Source: an uncultured Thermoleophilia bacterium (GTDB taxonomy: Bacteria; Actinomycetota; Thermoleophilia; Gaiellales; Gaiellaceae). From it: a stretch of DNA of 64,000 bases. The stretch is from the NCBI GenBank assembly GCA_963839815.1, contig CAWIWF010000005.1, forward strand, positions 30,045 to 94,044, read 5' to 3'. The notes under the pieces are model-generated. The model saw only the letters and a program-made list of their open reading frames with translations, made no database searches and was not told the DNA's origin. Made by a program: the position numbers and the translations under genes. Positions 1-8,850 of the stretch are shown here, in pieces (the first letter of the stretch is position 1; each line of letters begins with the position of its first letter).

Positions 1-372
1 CGGCTGACGCTGGAGGCGCTGAAGCTGTCGCTGGGCACCGTCCGCGCCGGCGTCGTCGGGCGCGATGCGCACCTCGCGGTGTGCTCGTTCTACGAGGAGC
101 ACGGTCACCCCACCCAGGCGTCGAAGCAGGCTGGCACGGTGCTCGAGGACGGGTTCTTCCACGGGCTCGGCCATGGGGTCGGACTCGAGGTGCACGAGGA
201 GCCGGGCCTCGGTATGAGCGGCCACGAGACGCTCGTCGCCGGTGACGTCGTCACGCTCGAGCCGGGCCTCTACCGGCAGGGCTTCGGCGGCTGCCGGCTC
301 GAGGACATCGTCGTGGTCACCGAGGACGGTGTCGAGAACCTGACCGACTTCCCCTACAACCTGGAGCCGTAG
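1..372 (+). CDS. M24-family Xaa-Pro aminopeptidase, C-terminal fragment (5' end outside window)
   Basis: Frame 1 is open from base 1. The tail HGLGHGVGLEVHEEPG...LEPGLY...GGCRLEDIVVVTEDG matches the conserved metal-ligand C-terminus of M24B peptidases. Confidence 0.8.
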   Translation, partial: RLTLEALKLSLGTVRAGVVGRDAHLAVCSFYEEHGHPTQASKQAGTVLEDGFFHGLGHGVGLEVHEEPGLGMSGHETLVAGDVVTLEPGLYRQGFGGCRLEDIVVVTEDGVENLTDFPYNLEP

Positions 373-445
373 TGCGCGGCCACGTCGTTCCTCGCCGAGA
401 CCACCCGCAGGGCTTCAGCCAGGCACGGCGCCGGAGGCCCCGCCC

Positions 446-2395
446 GTGACGCAGGCGATCGAGACCATGTTCCTCGAGGAGCGGCGCTACGAGCCGACTC
501 CCGAGTTCGCCGCGCGGGCCAATGCGAAGCCGGAGATCTACGACCGCGATCCGGACGAGTTCTGGGAGACGGAGGGTCGCGGGCGAGTCACCTGGTTCGA
601 GCCGTTCACGGAGCTCTACGAGTGGGAGCTGCCGTACGCGAAGTGGTACCTGGGCGGCACGCTCAACGTCTCCTACAACTGCGTCGACCGGCACGTCGAG
701 GCAGGGCTCGGCGACCGGGTCGCCTTCCACTGGGAGGGCGAGCCGGACGGCGAGCGCGGCTCGCTGACCTACGCCGAGCTGCAGCGGCAGGTCGTCCGCA
801 TGGCCAACGTGCTCAAGGAGCTCGGCGTCCGCAAGGGCACGCGGGTGGCCATCTACATGGGCATGGTCACCGAGCTGCCGATCGCGATGCTGGCCTGCAC
901 GCGCCTCGGCGCTCCGCACACGGTCGTCTTCGGCGGCTTCTCGGCCGACTCGCTCTCGGACCGGGCCAACGACATGGGCTGCGAGGTGCTGATCACCCAG
1001 GACGAGGCCTGGCGGCGGGGCACCCCGGTGCCGCTGAAGCGCACGGCCGACGCCGCCATGGCCGCAGCTCCCGGGATCCGGGCCTGCCTCGTCGTCCGGC
1101 GCACCGGCAACGAGGTTCCGATGACCGAGGACAGGGACAGGTGGCTGCACGACTTCGACGTCTCGGACGATCCCGCGACGTGCCCGCCCGAGCCGATGGA
1201 CAGCGAGGACCTGCTCTTCCTGATGTACACGTCGGGGACGACCGCCAAGCCGAAGGGGATCACCCACACGACCGGCGGCTACCTCGTCGGCGCGGCGACG
1301 ACGCACTCGCTCGTCTTCGACCTGAAGCCCGAGGAGGACGTCTACTGGTGCGCGGCCGACATCGGCTGGATCACCGGCCACAGCTACATCGTCTACGGGC
1401 CGCTCTGCAACGGCGCCACCTCGGTGATGTACGAGGGCACGCCCGACTACCCCGGCAAGGACCGCTGGTGGGAGATCGTCGAGCGCTACGGCGTCACCAT
1501 CCTCTACACGGCGCCGACGGCGATCCGCGCGCACATGAAGTGGGGGCCGGAGCACGCCGCCGAGCACGACCTGACGAGCCTGCGCCTGCTCGGCTCGGTC
1601 GGCGAGCCGATCAACCCCGAAGCCTGGATGTGGTACCGCGAACACATCGGCGGCGGCCGGACACCGGTGGTCGACACCTGGTGGCAGACGGAGACCGGGA
1701 TGATCATGATCACGCCGCTGCCGGGGGTGACGACGACGAAACCGGGCTCGGCGACCAAGCCCTTCCCGGGCGTCGAGGCGGGGGTCTTCAGCGAGTCGGG
1801 CGAGAAGGTCGGCCCGGGCGGCGGCGGCTATCTCGTGCTCACGCGGCCCTGGCCGGCGATGACTCGCGGGATCCACGGCGACGACCAGCGCTTCCGCGAG
1901 ACGTACTGGTCGAAGTACCCGGGCGTCTACTTCGCGGGCGACGGTGCACGTGTCGACGAGGAGGGCGACTACTGGCTGCTCGGTCGCGTCGACGACGTCA
2001 TGAACGTCTCCGGCCACCGCATCTCGACGATCGAGGTCGAGTCGGCGCTCGTCGACCACCAGCAGGTGGCCGAGGCGGCTGTCTGCGGCCGGGCGGACGA
2101 CCTCACCGGCCAGGCGATCGTTGCCTACGTGACGCTCAAGGGAGGCAACGAGGGCTCGGTGGAGATGCTCGAGGAGCTCCGCAGCCACGTGGCCGACAAG
2201 ATCGGTCCGATCGCGAAGCCGGCGAACATCGTCTTCACGCCTGAGCTGCCCAAGACCCGGAGCGGCAAGATCATGCGCCGCCTGCTCCGCGACGTCGCCG
2301 AGAACCGGCCGCTGGGCGATACGACGACGCTTGCAGACCCCACCGTCGTCGAGGAGATCAAGACGCGGGCCGAGTCCGACCCCGGCGAGGAGTAG
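446..2395 (+). CDS. acs: acetyl-CoA synthetase
   Basis: 649 aa. Contains WYLGGTLNVSYNCVDRH, the AMP-binding motif YTSGTTAKPKG and the C-terminal PKTRSGKIMRRLLR, with full-length Acs architecture. Confidence 0.95.
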   Translation: MTQAIETMFLEERRYEPTPEFAARANAKPEIYDRDPDEFWETEGRGRVTWFEPFTELYEWELPYAKWYLGGTLNVSYNCVDRHVEAGLGDRVAFHWEGEPDGERGSLTYAELQRQVVRMANVLKELGVRKGTRVAIYMGMVTELPIAMLACTRLGAPHTVVFGGFSADSLSDRANDMGCEVLITQDEAWRRGTPVPLKRTADAAMAAAPGIRACLVVRRTGNEVPMTEDRDRWLHDFDVSDDPATCPPEPMDSEDLLFLMYTSGTTAKPKGITHTTGGYLVGAATTHSLVFDLKPEEDVYWCAADIGWITGHSYIVYGPLCNGATSVMYEGTPDYPGKDRWWEIVERYGVTILYTAPTAIRAHMKWGPEHAAEHDLTSLRLLGSVGEPINPEAWMWYREHIGGGRTPVVDTWWQTETGMIMITPLPGVTTTKPGSATKPFPGVEAGVFSESGEKVGPGGGGYLVLTRPWPAMTRGIHGDDQRFRETYWSKYPGVYFAGDGARVDEEGDYWLLGRVDDVMNVSGHRISTIEVESALVDHQQVAEAAVCGRADDLTGQAIVAYVTLKGGNEGSVEMLEELRSHVADKIGPIAKPANIVFTPELPKTRSGKIMRRLLRDVAENRPLGDTTTLADPTVVEEIKTRAESDPGEE

Positions 2396-2404
2396 CGCGA
2401 GGCA

Positions 2405-3250
2405 TCAGCTCGTGCGGCAGGCCCGGCCGGCGACCGCCGGGACGTAGGCCGCGCAGCCCGTCGTGACGGCTGTCCGGTGCGTCGCCAGGGCCGCGTAGAC
2501 GATCCTCCGGCCGGCCACCACCGAGAGCAGGGCGCCGTCGAAGCGACGGCCGCCGATGCCGAGGCGCGAGCGGAAGAGGCGCAGACCCCGGCCGCCGAGG
2601 AAGGAGGCCGGCTTGGCGGTCGTCACCGTCACGACCGGCGCCTTGCCGAACGGGTTGTACCGCTCCAGCCGCACACGGACGCCCAGACGCCTCGCGTCGC
2701 GGCGCAGTCGCGCGGCCAGGGTCTCCCAGCGGCCGTCCGCCGCCTTGCCGAGCGAGCGGATGCCGGGCCGTACGGCCCAGCGCTCGAGGCCCCAGTCGGG
2801 CCGGGCGAGCGGCCGGAGGAAGCGCGGGTCGACCTCGGCGCTGCCTGCCGCTGCCGCATAGGCGACCGCCCGGCTCAGGCCTCGGCGCGCGAAGCCGTCG
2901 CGGATCGCACCGGCCGCGATCTCGGCTTCCCAGCCCGCGCGTCCCTGCAGTGCGAAGCGGTTTCTCTGCGGGTCGCCCGGCCGCCCGCGGACGACGATGA
3001 CGAGGGTGCGCGTCGCCGCCGGCGCTCCGTCGGGGGCCGCCAGGATCGACACGCGCGAGATGCGAGTGCCGGGCATGCGGCAGAGGATCCGCTTGACGGT
3101 GGTGCGCTCGGCCGCCGTGCCGCCGGTGACGGTGCGCGCGCACCCACCCGCGGCGGAGGCGTTGCCCGCCAGGGCGAGCGCAATCCCGGCGGCCGTCACG
3201 CCCGCCGTCACGGCGAGACGTACATGCCGCCGCGGTGAGCTAGCCGGCAC
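2405..3250 (-). CDS. secreted hypothetical protein
   Basis: 281-aa ORF with a signal-like N-terminus (RLAVTAGVTAAGIALALAGNASA). Its GTG start overlaps the stop of the upstream 800-aa gene by 11 nt, which suggests an operon. No recognisable domain. Confidence 0.55.
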   Translation of the reverse strand: MPASSPRRHVRLAVTAGVTAAGIALALAGNASAAGGCARTVTGGTAAERTTVKRILCRMPGTRISRVSILAAPDGAPAATRTLVIVVRGRPGDPQRNRFALQGRAGWEAEIAAGAIRDGFARRGLSRAVAYAAAAGSAEVDPRFLRPLARPDWGLERWAVRPGIRSLGKAADGRWETLAARLRRDARRLGVRVRLERYNPFGKAPVVTVTTAKPASFLGGRGLRLFRSRLGIGGRRFDGALLSVVAGRRIVYAALATHRTAVTTGCAAYVPAVAGRACRTS

Positions 3251-5642
3251 GCCGGTTCGTGAAGCGGAGCTCGGTGGTGCTGCCGGCGCTGATGTTGGCG
3301 CAGGCTCGCGTCGATGCCGGCGTCGGGCACGTGCGGGCCTCAGACGGCGGGTCGATCGTGATCGACGGCGGCAGCTCGGAGCCGGGCGGCAGCGTCTCGG
3401 TCACCTCGACGGTCGTCCCGGCTGCGATGCCCGGGAAGGAGGAGCAGGCCCCCGTCGGGATCGTGGCTGCGCTCGCCGGCCCGCCGAGCAGCAGCCGGAT
3501 GACGAAGTCGTACGGCTCCCCGGCCGCGACGCCGACGCCGGCGACCTTGCAGATCCTCAGCGTGCCTGTAGCGGGAGCGACGGTGCTGTTCGTGGCGACG
3601 ACCTCCGTCGGGCCCGAGCTGACGTTGGCACAGACGCGGTTCGCCGCCGGGGTCGGACACGCCCGCTCCTCGCCGGCCGGCGTCACCGCAAACGCGACGC
3701 GCTCGCCCGGGGGCACCGCCTCGGTGATCTCCACCGTCGAGCTGACCGTGAAGTCGCGCAGCGTCGTACACGAGCCCACCCCGACGTACACGGTGCGGGG
3801 GAAGCCGCTCGGGAGGATCCGCACGGTGAACCGGTAGAGACCGGCGATTCCCGGGCTACCGGCTGCCTTGCACAGCCTCACCGGCACGGGTCCGGGGGCG
3901 GCTCGGTTCGTGAACAGCACCTGGGTGACGAGGCCGGCAACGACGCGGGCGCAGATCCGGTTCGACTGCGGCAGGGCGCATGGCTCTCCGGCGGAAGCCG
4001 GCAGCACCTCGCGGCCGTTCACCTCCACGCCCGGAGGCACGGACTCGGTGACCTCGACCAGCGCTTCGCCATCGAAGGCGCCTACCAGGGCACACTGCCC
4101 GGCTGGGACGACCACGGTCATGGCCTGGCCCGACGGCGCCTCGCGGACGGTGAACGTGAACTCGCTCCCGGGCGACACGCCGGGGCCGGCCACCTTGCAG
4201 ACCTTCACCTGGCCGGGCACGGCGGTACTGCGGTTGACGAACTTGACCTCGGTGACGCTGTTGCCCCTGATCGACACGCAGACGCGGTCGGGGCGCCAGG
4301 CCGCACACCGCTCGGTGCGATCCGCCGGCAGGACGTAGCGGGCGGCCACCTCGACGCCGACCGGCAGGGTCTCCGTCACCTCGAGCGTCGTGCCGTGCTC
4401 GAACTCGCCGGCGTCGGCGCAGCTGCCCGCGGGGACGATTACGGGCGCGCCGGCCCCACCTGCCACATCGCGCACCGTGAACGTGAACTCGGTGCCGTGG
4501 GTGATGCCGGGGCCGGCGATCTTGCAGAGGCGCAGGCGACCCTCTCCCTCGATGCGGCGGTTGGTGAACGTGATCTCGACGATCTCGCCGGCGGCGATCA
4601 GCGCACAGGCTCGCTCGGGGTGATCGCCGGCACAGCCACGCCGGCTCGTGGAGGGCACGACCTCGCGTCCGGCCACTTCGATGCTGTCGGGCAGCGATTC
4701 GGAGACCTCGATGACGGCGCCGTCATCCCACCCGCTCTCGAGCACGCACTCGCCTGCGCGGACGACGATCCGGCGGAGCAGACCCGTGGCGGGATCGCGA
4801 ATCGTGAACGTGAACGGGGCGCCCGGCTCGACGCCTGGCCCTGCCACCTTGCAGATCCGCACGGCGCCGCTCTCGACCGGGCGATTGCAGAAGACGACGA
4901 TGGTCCGGTCACCTGCGGGCACGCTGACCGCCGCAGTCCGGTCCCGCGCCCACGCGAGCCTGCCGGTCGGGATCGTGCGCACGCCGCAGAGGCCGGTGCC
5001 GGCGAGCCCGCGCTCGGTGACCGTCACCTGGCCCGCGGGGACGTCGAAGGCCTCGGCGCACGCCGGCTGTGTCACATCGCGCGACACGTGGATCGTCGTG
5101 CGCCTGCCCGCGGCATCGAAGGCAAAGGTCCCGGTCAGCCCGTCACGCGTCTCCTTGCAGATCTGGAGCGAGCCCTTGGGCGCCGCCTTGTTGCAGAAGA
5201 CCACCGTCGTCTCGGTCTCGGGCCCGCCGGCCGGAACCGTGACCGCCGCCGTTGCGCCGCGCGTCCAGGCCAGCCGGCCGGGCTGCACGGTGCGGATCCC
5301 GCAGAGCTCGGTTCCCGGCGCGGCCCTCTCCGTGACGCTGACCTGACCGGCGGGCACCTGCAGGGCCGGCGTGCAGACAGGTTGGGTCGCCCCCGGCGTC
5401 AGCGTCACGTCGGTGGTGCGGCCGGCGAAGCTGAAGCCGAACGTCCCGGTCAGGCCGCCCCGTGTCTCCTTGCAGATCTCGAGGAAGCCCTGTGGCGGCG
5501 GGGGGGCTGCGAGCGCGGGCGGGCCGGTGAGCAGGAGCGACGCGGCGAGGACGACGGGGAGCGCGAGGAGTCGGGCCACCTTCCCCTGTGTCGGCGCACA
5601 GGGGGATTCCTTGACCGGCCGAGGCCGGCGGGCGACGTGCAA
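3240..5642 (-). CDS. secreted protein of seven tandem ~105-aa Cys-rich modules (xxICK...FTN repeats, probable beta-sandwich)
   Basis: 800-aa ORF with signal peptide ARLLALPVVLAASLLLTGPPALA. Seven modules each open with [LV]x[IL]CK (LEICKETRGG, LQICKETRDG, VRICKVAGPG, LRLCKIAGPG, VKVCKVAGPG, VRLCKAAGSPG, LRICKVAGVG) and each closes with F[TCV]N. An alternative GTG start lies at 5579. Confidence 0.8.
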   Translation of the reverse strand: MHVARRPRPVKESPCAPTQGKVARLLALPVVLAASLLLTGPPALAAPPPPQGFLEICKETRGGLTGTFGFSFAGRTTDVTLTPGATQPVCTPALQVPAGQVSVTERAAPGTELCGIRTVQPGRLAWTRGATAAVTVPAGGPETETTVVFCNKAAPKGSLQICKETRDGLTGTFAFDAAGRRTTIHVSRDVTQPACAEAFDVPAGQVTVTERGLAGTGLCGVRTIPTGRLAWARDRTAAVSVPAGDRTIVVFCNRPVESGAVRICKVAGPGVEPGAPFTFTIRDPATGLLRRIVVRAGECVLESGWDDGAVIEVSESLPDSIEVAGREVVPSTSRRGCAGDHPERACALIAAGEIVEITFTNRRIEGEGRLRLCKIAGPGITHGTEFTFTVRDVAGGAGAPVIVPAGSCADAGEFEHGTTLEVTETLPVGVEVAARYVLPADRTERCAAWRPDRVCVSIRGNSVTEVKFVNRSTAVPGQVKVCKVAGPGVSPGSEFTFTVREAPSGQAMTVVVPAGQCALVGAFDGEALVEVTESVPPGVEVNGREVLPASAGEPCALPQSNRICARVVAGLVTQVLFTNRAAPGPVPVRLCKAAGSPGIAGLYRFTVRILPSGFPRTVYVGVGSCTTLRDFTVSSTVEITEAVPPGERVAFAVTPAGEERACPTPAANRVCANVSSGPTEVVATNSTVAPATGTLRICKVAGVGVAAGEPYDFVIRLLLGGPASAATIPTGACSSFPGIAAGTTVEVTETLPPGSELPPSITIDPPSEARTCPTPASTRACANISAGSTTELRFTNRRAG

Positions 5643-5793
5643 CGGCTCCTCCTTTCTCTCGCCGGCGGGGCCTCAGCCGACGAGATTCCCCGCTCCGCGG
5701 GCCGATGCAGGTGACCCCGGCGACGGTACCAGGGCGTCCAGACGGCCTCTGACCGCACGCGCGCGGCCCGCCGTGCTCCTACCATTGGCGCCA

Positions 5794-6240
5794 GTGGCGC
5801 TCGACGATCACCGGCGGCTCGGCGTCTCGCTCTTCAACCACGTCTGGGAGTTGATGCAGCGGCCCGATCGCACGCCCGAGGAGGTGGACGAGATGATCCA
5901 CGCCGCCCACGCGTCGCGGTATCACTGGGGGCGGATCTCGGAGGGGATCGAACGGGCGCGCGGCGACTGGCAGTGCTCGCGCATGTACTCGGTGCTCGGA
6001 CGCGGAGAGCCGGCTCTCTGGCACGCTCGCCGTTGCCAGGAGCTCGTCGAGGCGGCCGACGACGCCGAGGACTGGGACCTTCCGTTCGCCTACGAGGCGC
6101 TCGCTCGTGCGCACGCTGCGGCAGGCCACGCGGAGGAGGCCGCCCAGTACGCCTCGCTCGCGCGTGAGGCCGGCGCGTCGGTCGCCGACGAGGAAGACCG
6201 CAGGCTCCTCGACGAGGCGCTCGCGACGCTGCCCGCGTAG
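5794..6240 (+). CDS. hypothetical helical (TPR-like) protein
   Basis: The protein-like part of ORF 5371..6240 begins at VALDDHRRLGVSLFNHVWELMQRPDRTPEEVDEMIHAAHASRYHWG. In-frame starts are GTG 5794 or TTG 5785. The upstream part of the ORF has Arg/Pro/Gly composition and looks non-coding. Confidence 0.6.
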   Translation: MALDDHRRLGVSLFNHVWELMQRPDRTPEEVDEMIHAAHASRYHWGRISEGIERARGDWQCSRMYSVLGRGEPALWHARRCQELVEAADDAEDWDLPFAYEALARAHAAAGHAEEAAQYASLAREAGASVADEEDRRLLDEALATLPA

Positions 6241-7706
6241 TGGCTCCTCGCCCCGGCCGGAGCGCCGCGTTGCTGCTCGCCCTCGCGGCGGCGGCTGTGA
6301 TCGTCCCGGCGGCCGGCGCGGCCGACGGCCCCGTCCGGCGCGCGGCCGCGCGGCAGCTGCCGGCGCTCGAGCGGGTCGTGGGCGCAGGCGTCGGCTCGCC
6401 AGCCCTCGCGCAGGCCCAGTACGACGCGGCCCGCCGGCTCGAGGCATCGCTGCCGCCGTCCGCCGGCGTCAGTGCCGGCTGCCGCCCGCTTGCGCGCGAC
6501 CTGCAGGCGTACGCCACCGGCGTGCTGGCGGCGACGCAGGGTGTCGACCGGCTCCAGTCCTGGCGGGTCGCAGCCGGCCGCCGCTTCGCCGATCGTGCGC
6601 TGGAGCGCGTCGACCGCCGCCGGCGCACGTGCCGCTCAACGGAGCCGCCGCGCGGAGTGGAGCAGGCCGACGCGATCGCCTCGCCGCGCTCGGGCGAGGC
6701 CTTCTTCGGCGACGTCCGCGAGGAGAACCACGGCGAGGAGGCGCGGCTCTATGCCAACGGGCGCCTGGTGGAGACCGTGCGCACGGCCGCCGCCGAGGTC
6801 AGGCTGCGCCTCGAGCTGCCGCCGGGCCGGTACGCCCTCGAGCTCCGCTTCCTGCGCGGCGGGCGGAACGTCCATCGCTCGGTGGCCCGCGATGTCTACC
6901 TCCTGCCCGCGTCTGCTGGTCCCGCAAGGCCGCCTCGAACCACCGACCGCGCGCTCAACCGGCGGCTGGCGGAGCTCGCGGCGGGATTCCCGGGACACGA
7001 GGCGATCTACGTGCAGAACCTGCGGACGGGGCGGACCGCCGGCTGGAACGCCGACGCCCGGTTCCCAGCGGCCTCGACGGTGAAGCTCGGCGTCGCGGTC
7101 GCGGTGCTGCGACGCTGGCGCCCTCATCGTCGTGACCTGCGGCTCGACCCCGAGCTGCGGGCGCTGGCCGGCTGGTCGTCCAATCTGGCGGCCAACCGTC
7201 TGGTGAGCCTGCTCGGGGGTGGCTCCGAGACGAGGGGAGCCGGCATCGTCTCCTCCGTCCTGCGGCAGCTCGGCGCCACGAGCAGCACGTACCCGCAGGG
7301 CTACCGGGTCGGCACCGGCGTCGACGCCCAGCCGCCGCTCGTGTCGGGGCGGGTCACGACGGCCCGGGACCTCGGCACCATCCTCAGGGTCGTCGCCGCG
7401 GCCGCTGGCGGGGACAGCTACGCCCAGCGTCGCAGCGGCCTCGCCGCTCCGAGCGCCCGCTACCTGCTGGGCCTTCTCCTCCAGGGGGAGCGCAGCGGCA
7501 ACAACATCGGGCTCCTGGCGCCGGCGTTGCCGCGCGGGACGCCGATCGCCCAGAAGAATGGCTGGATCTCGTCGGCGCGGCACACCGCCGCGATCGTGTA
7601 CGGCCACGAGGGCCCCATGATCGTGGTCGTGCTCACCTACCGGGAGCAGCTGCGCCGGCGCGACGCCGTCGAGCTCGGTCGGCTCGTCGTGCGCACGGCG
7701 CTGTAG
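6240..7706 (+). CDS. class A beta-lactamase-like serine hydrolase with ~250-aa N-terminal extension
   Basis: Signal peptide AALLLALAAAAVIVPAAGA. The C-terminal half carries SxxK (ASTVKL), SxN (SSNLAAN) and K[TN]G (KNGWI) in the class A order. The start overlaps the upstream stop (TAGTG). Confidence 0.75.
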   Translation: MAPRPGRSAALLLALAAAAVIVPAAGAADGPVRRAAARQLPALERVVGAGVGSPALAQAQYDAARRLEASLPPSAGVSAGCRPLARDLQAYATGVLAATQGVDRLQSWRVAAGRRFADRALERVDRRRRTCRSTEPPRGVEQADAIASPRSGEAFFGDVREENHGEEARLYANGRLVETVRTAAAEVRLRLELPPGRYALELRFLRGGRNVHRSVARDVYLLPASAGPARPPRTTDRALNRRLAELAAGFPGHEAIYVQNLRTGRTAGWNADARFPAASTVKLGVAVAVLRRWRPHRRDLRLDPELRALAGWSSNLAANRLVSLLGGGSETRGAGIVSSVLRQLGATSSTYPQGYRVGTGVDAQPPLVSGRVTTARDLGTILRVVAAAAGGDSYAQRRSGLAAPSARYLLGLLLQGERSGNNIGLLAPALPRGTPIAQKNGWISSARHTAAIVYGHEGPMIVVVLTYREQLRRRDAVELGRLVVRTAL

Positions 7707-7715
7707 GCGGCAGAG

Positions 7716-8783
7716 CTAGGCCGCGGCGCACTTCGGGTCGGTCGCCGTCGACCCGCAGAGATACGTCGTGTGGCGCTCGACGTTGTTCCCCTTGGGATCG
7801 GTTCCCTTCGGGATCACCTGCCACGTCACCCGCAGCTCGCCGACGGAGGTCGGCCCGAAGCCAGGGACTGTCTGCGCGGGGATGCGCACGATCGGCACTG
7901 CGGTCGTGCCCGCACGGAGCGCCGCGTAGCTGCACGTGATCCTGCCGCCCCGCAGGCCGGCGAGCGGCTCGACTTTGCAATCGTGGAAGGGAGCACCGAT
8001 CGCCGCCGCCGAGAAGTCGCTCACGCCTGCGTTCATGTTGGCGCTGACGCTGGCGGTGAGCTCGAAGATGCCGGCGACGCTCCCCGAGGGCCCGTTGTTG
8101 CGGATCCGCATGGCGTACTCGGCGCCGCTGAACCCCGCTGCCGGCACGGTGCGCTCGCGGCCGTTGACGAGCGGCACGGCCTCGACATCCGACGTGAAGC
8201 GCAGGTGGAGGTCGGCCACGACCCCGAGTGTCCGGTGTCGGTGCTGGCAGGCCTCGCCGCGCTTCGTGGGCGCCTTCACGGCACGGATCGTCAGCGTGTT
8301 GGGCCCGTAGCGGAACGCCGCCCGGGCCCTCGCGCTCAAGGGGCCGGAGTACGACCTCGGGCCGATGCCCTTGCTCAGGGCGCCGGTGACCTGGATGCCG
8401 TTGACGTACAGCGCACCGCTCGTGAATGCCTTGCCCACGAACCCGAAGCCGAGGACGAATGAGACGGTGCCCTCCCCGGGCGCGCCCGGCGCGTGGATCG
8501 TCCTCGTGAACGTGACCGCCTGCGAGCGGTTGCTGCAGGTCCGCGCCCAGATGTAGTTGCGGGGCACCGTGCGGCCGAAGAGGACGTTTGACGGGAACGG
8601 CTTGTGGGTCCTGGCGCCGAGGACCACCCGGGCGCCGTTCCACTTCGCGTCCGTGCTCACGAACAGCTGCTGGACGTCGTAGTCGAAGTAGGGGAGCTTC
8701 CGCCAGTCGACGTCGGCGCCGCTCGAGGCGGTCGCGGTGACCGCAAGCACGAGGAGGACAAGGGCAGACCCCAGGCGCCGCAT
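7716..8783 (-). CDS. secreted hypothetical protein
   Basis: 355 aa with signal peptide MRRLGSALVLLVLAVTATASS. Coding-like composition throughout. No recognisable domain. Confidence 0.65.
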   Translation of the reverse strand: MRRLGSALVLLVLAVTATASSGADVDWRKLPYFDYDVQQLFVSTDAKWNGARVVLGARTHKPFPSNVLFGRTVPRNYIWARTCSNRSQAVTFTRTIHAPGAPGEGTVSFVLGFGFVGKAFTSGALYVNGIQVTGALSKGIGPRSYSGPLSARARAAFRYGPNTLTIRAVKAPTKRGEACQHRHRTLGVVADLHLRFTSDVEAVPLVNGRERTVPAAGFSGAEYAMRIRNNGPSGSVAGIFELTASVSANMNAGVSDFSAAAIGAPFHDCKVEPLAGLRGGRITCSYAALRAGTTAVPIVRIPAQTVPGFGPTSVGELRVTWQVIPKGTDPKGNNVERHTTYLCGSTATDPKCAAA

Positions 8784-8850
8784 CTGCCGAAGCGTACGAC
8801 GCGGGAGGCGTGCTGCCTAGCCTGCGCGCCGACCGCGCGAGCGAGCGGAG

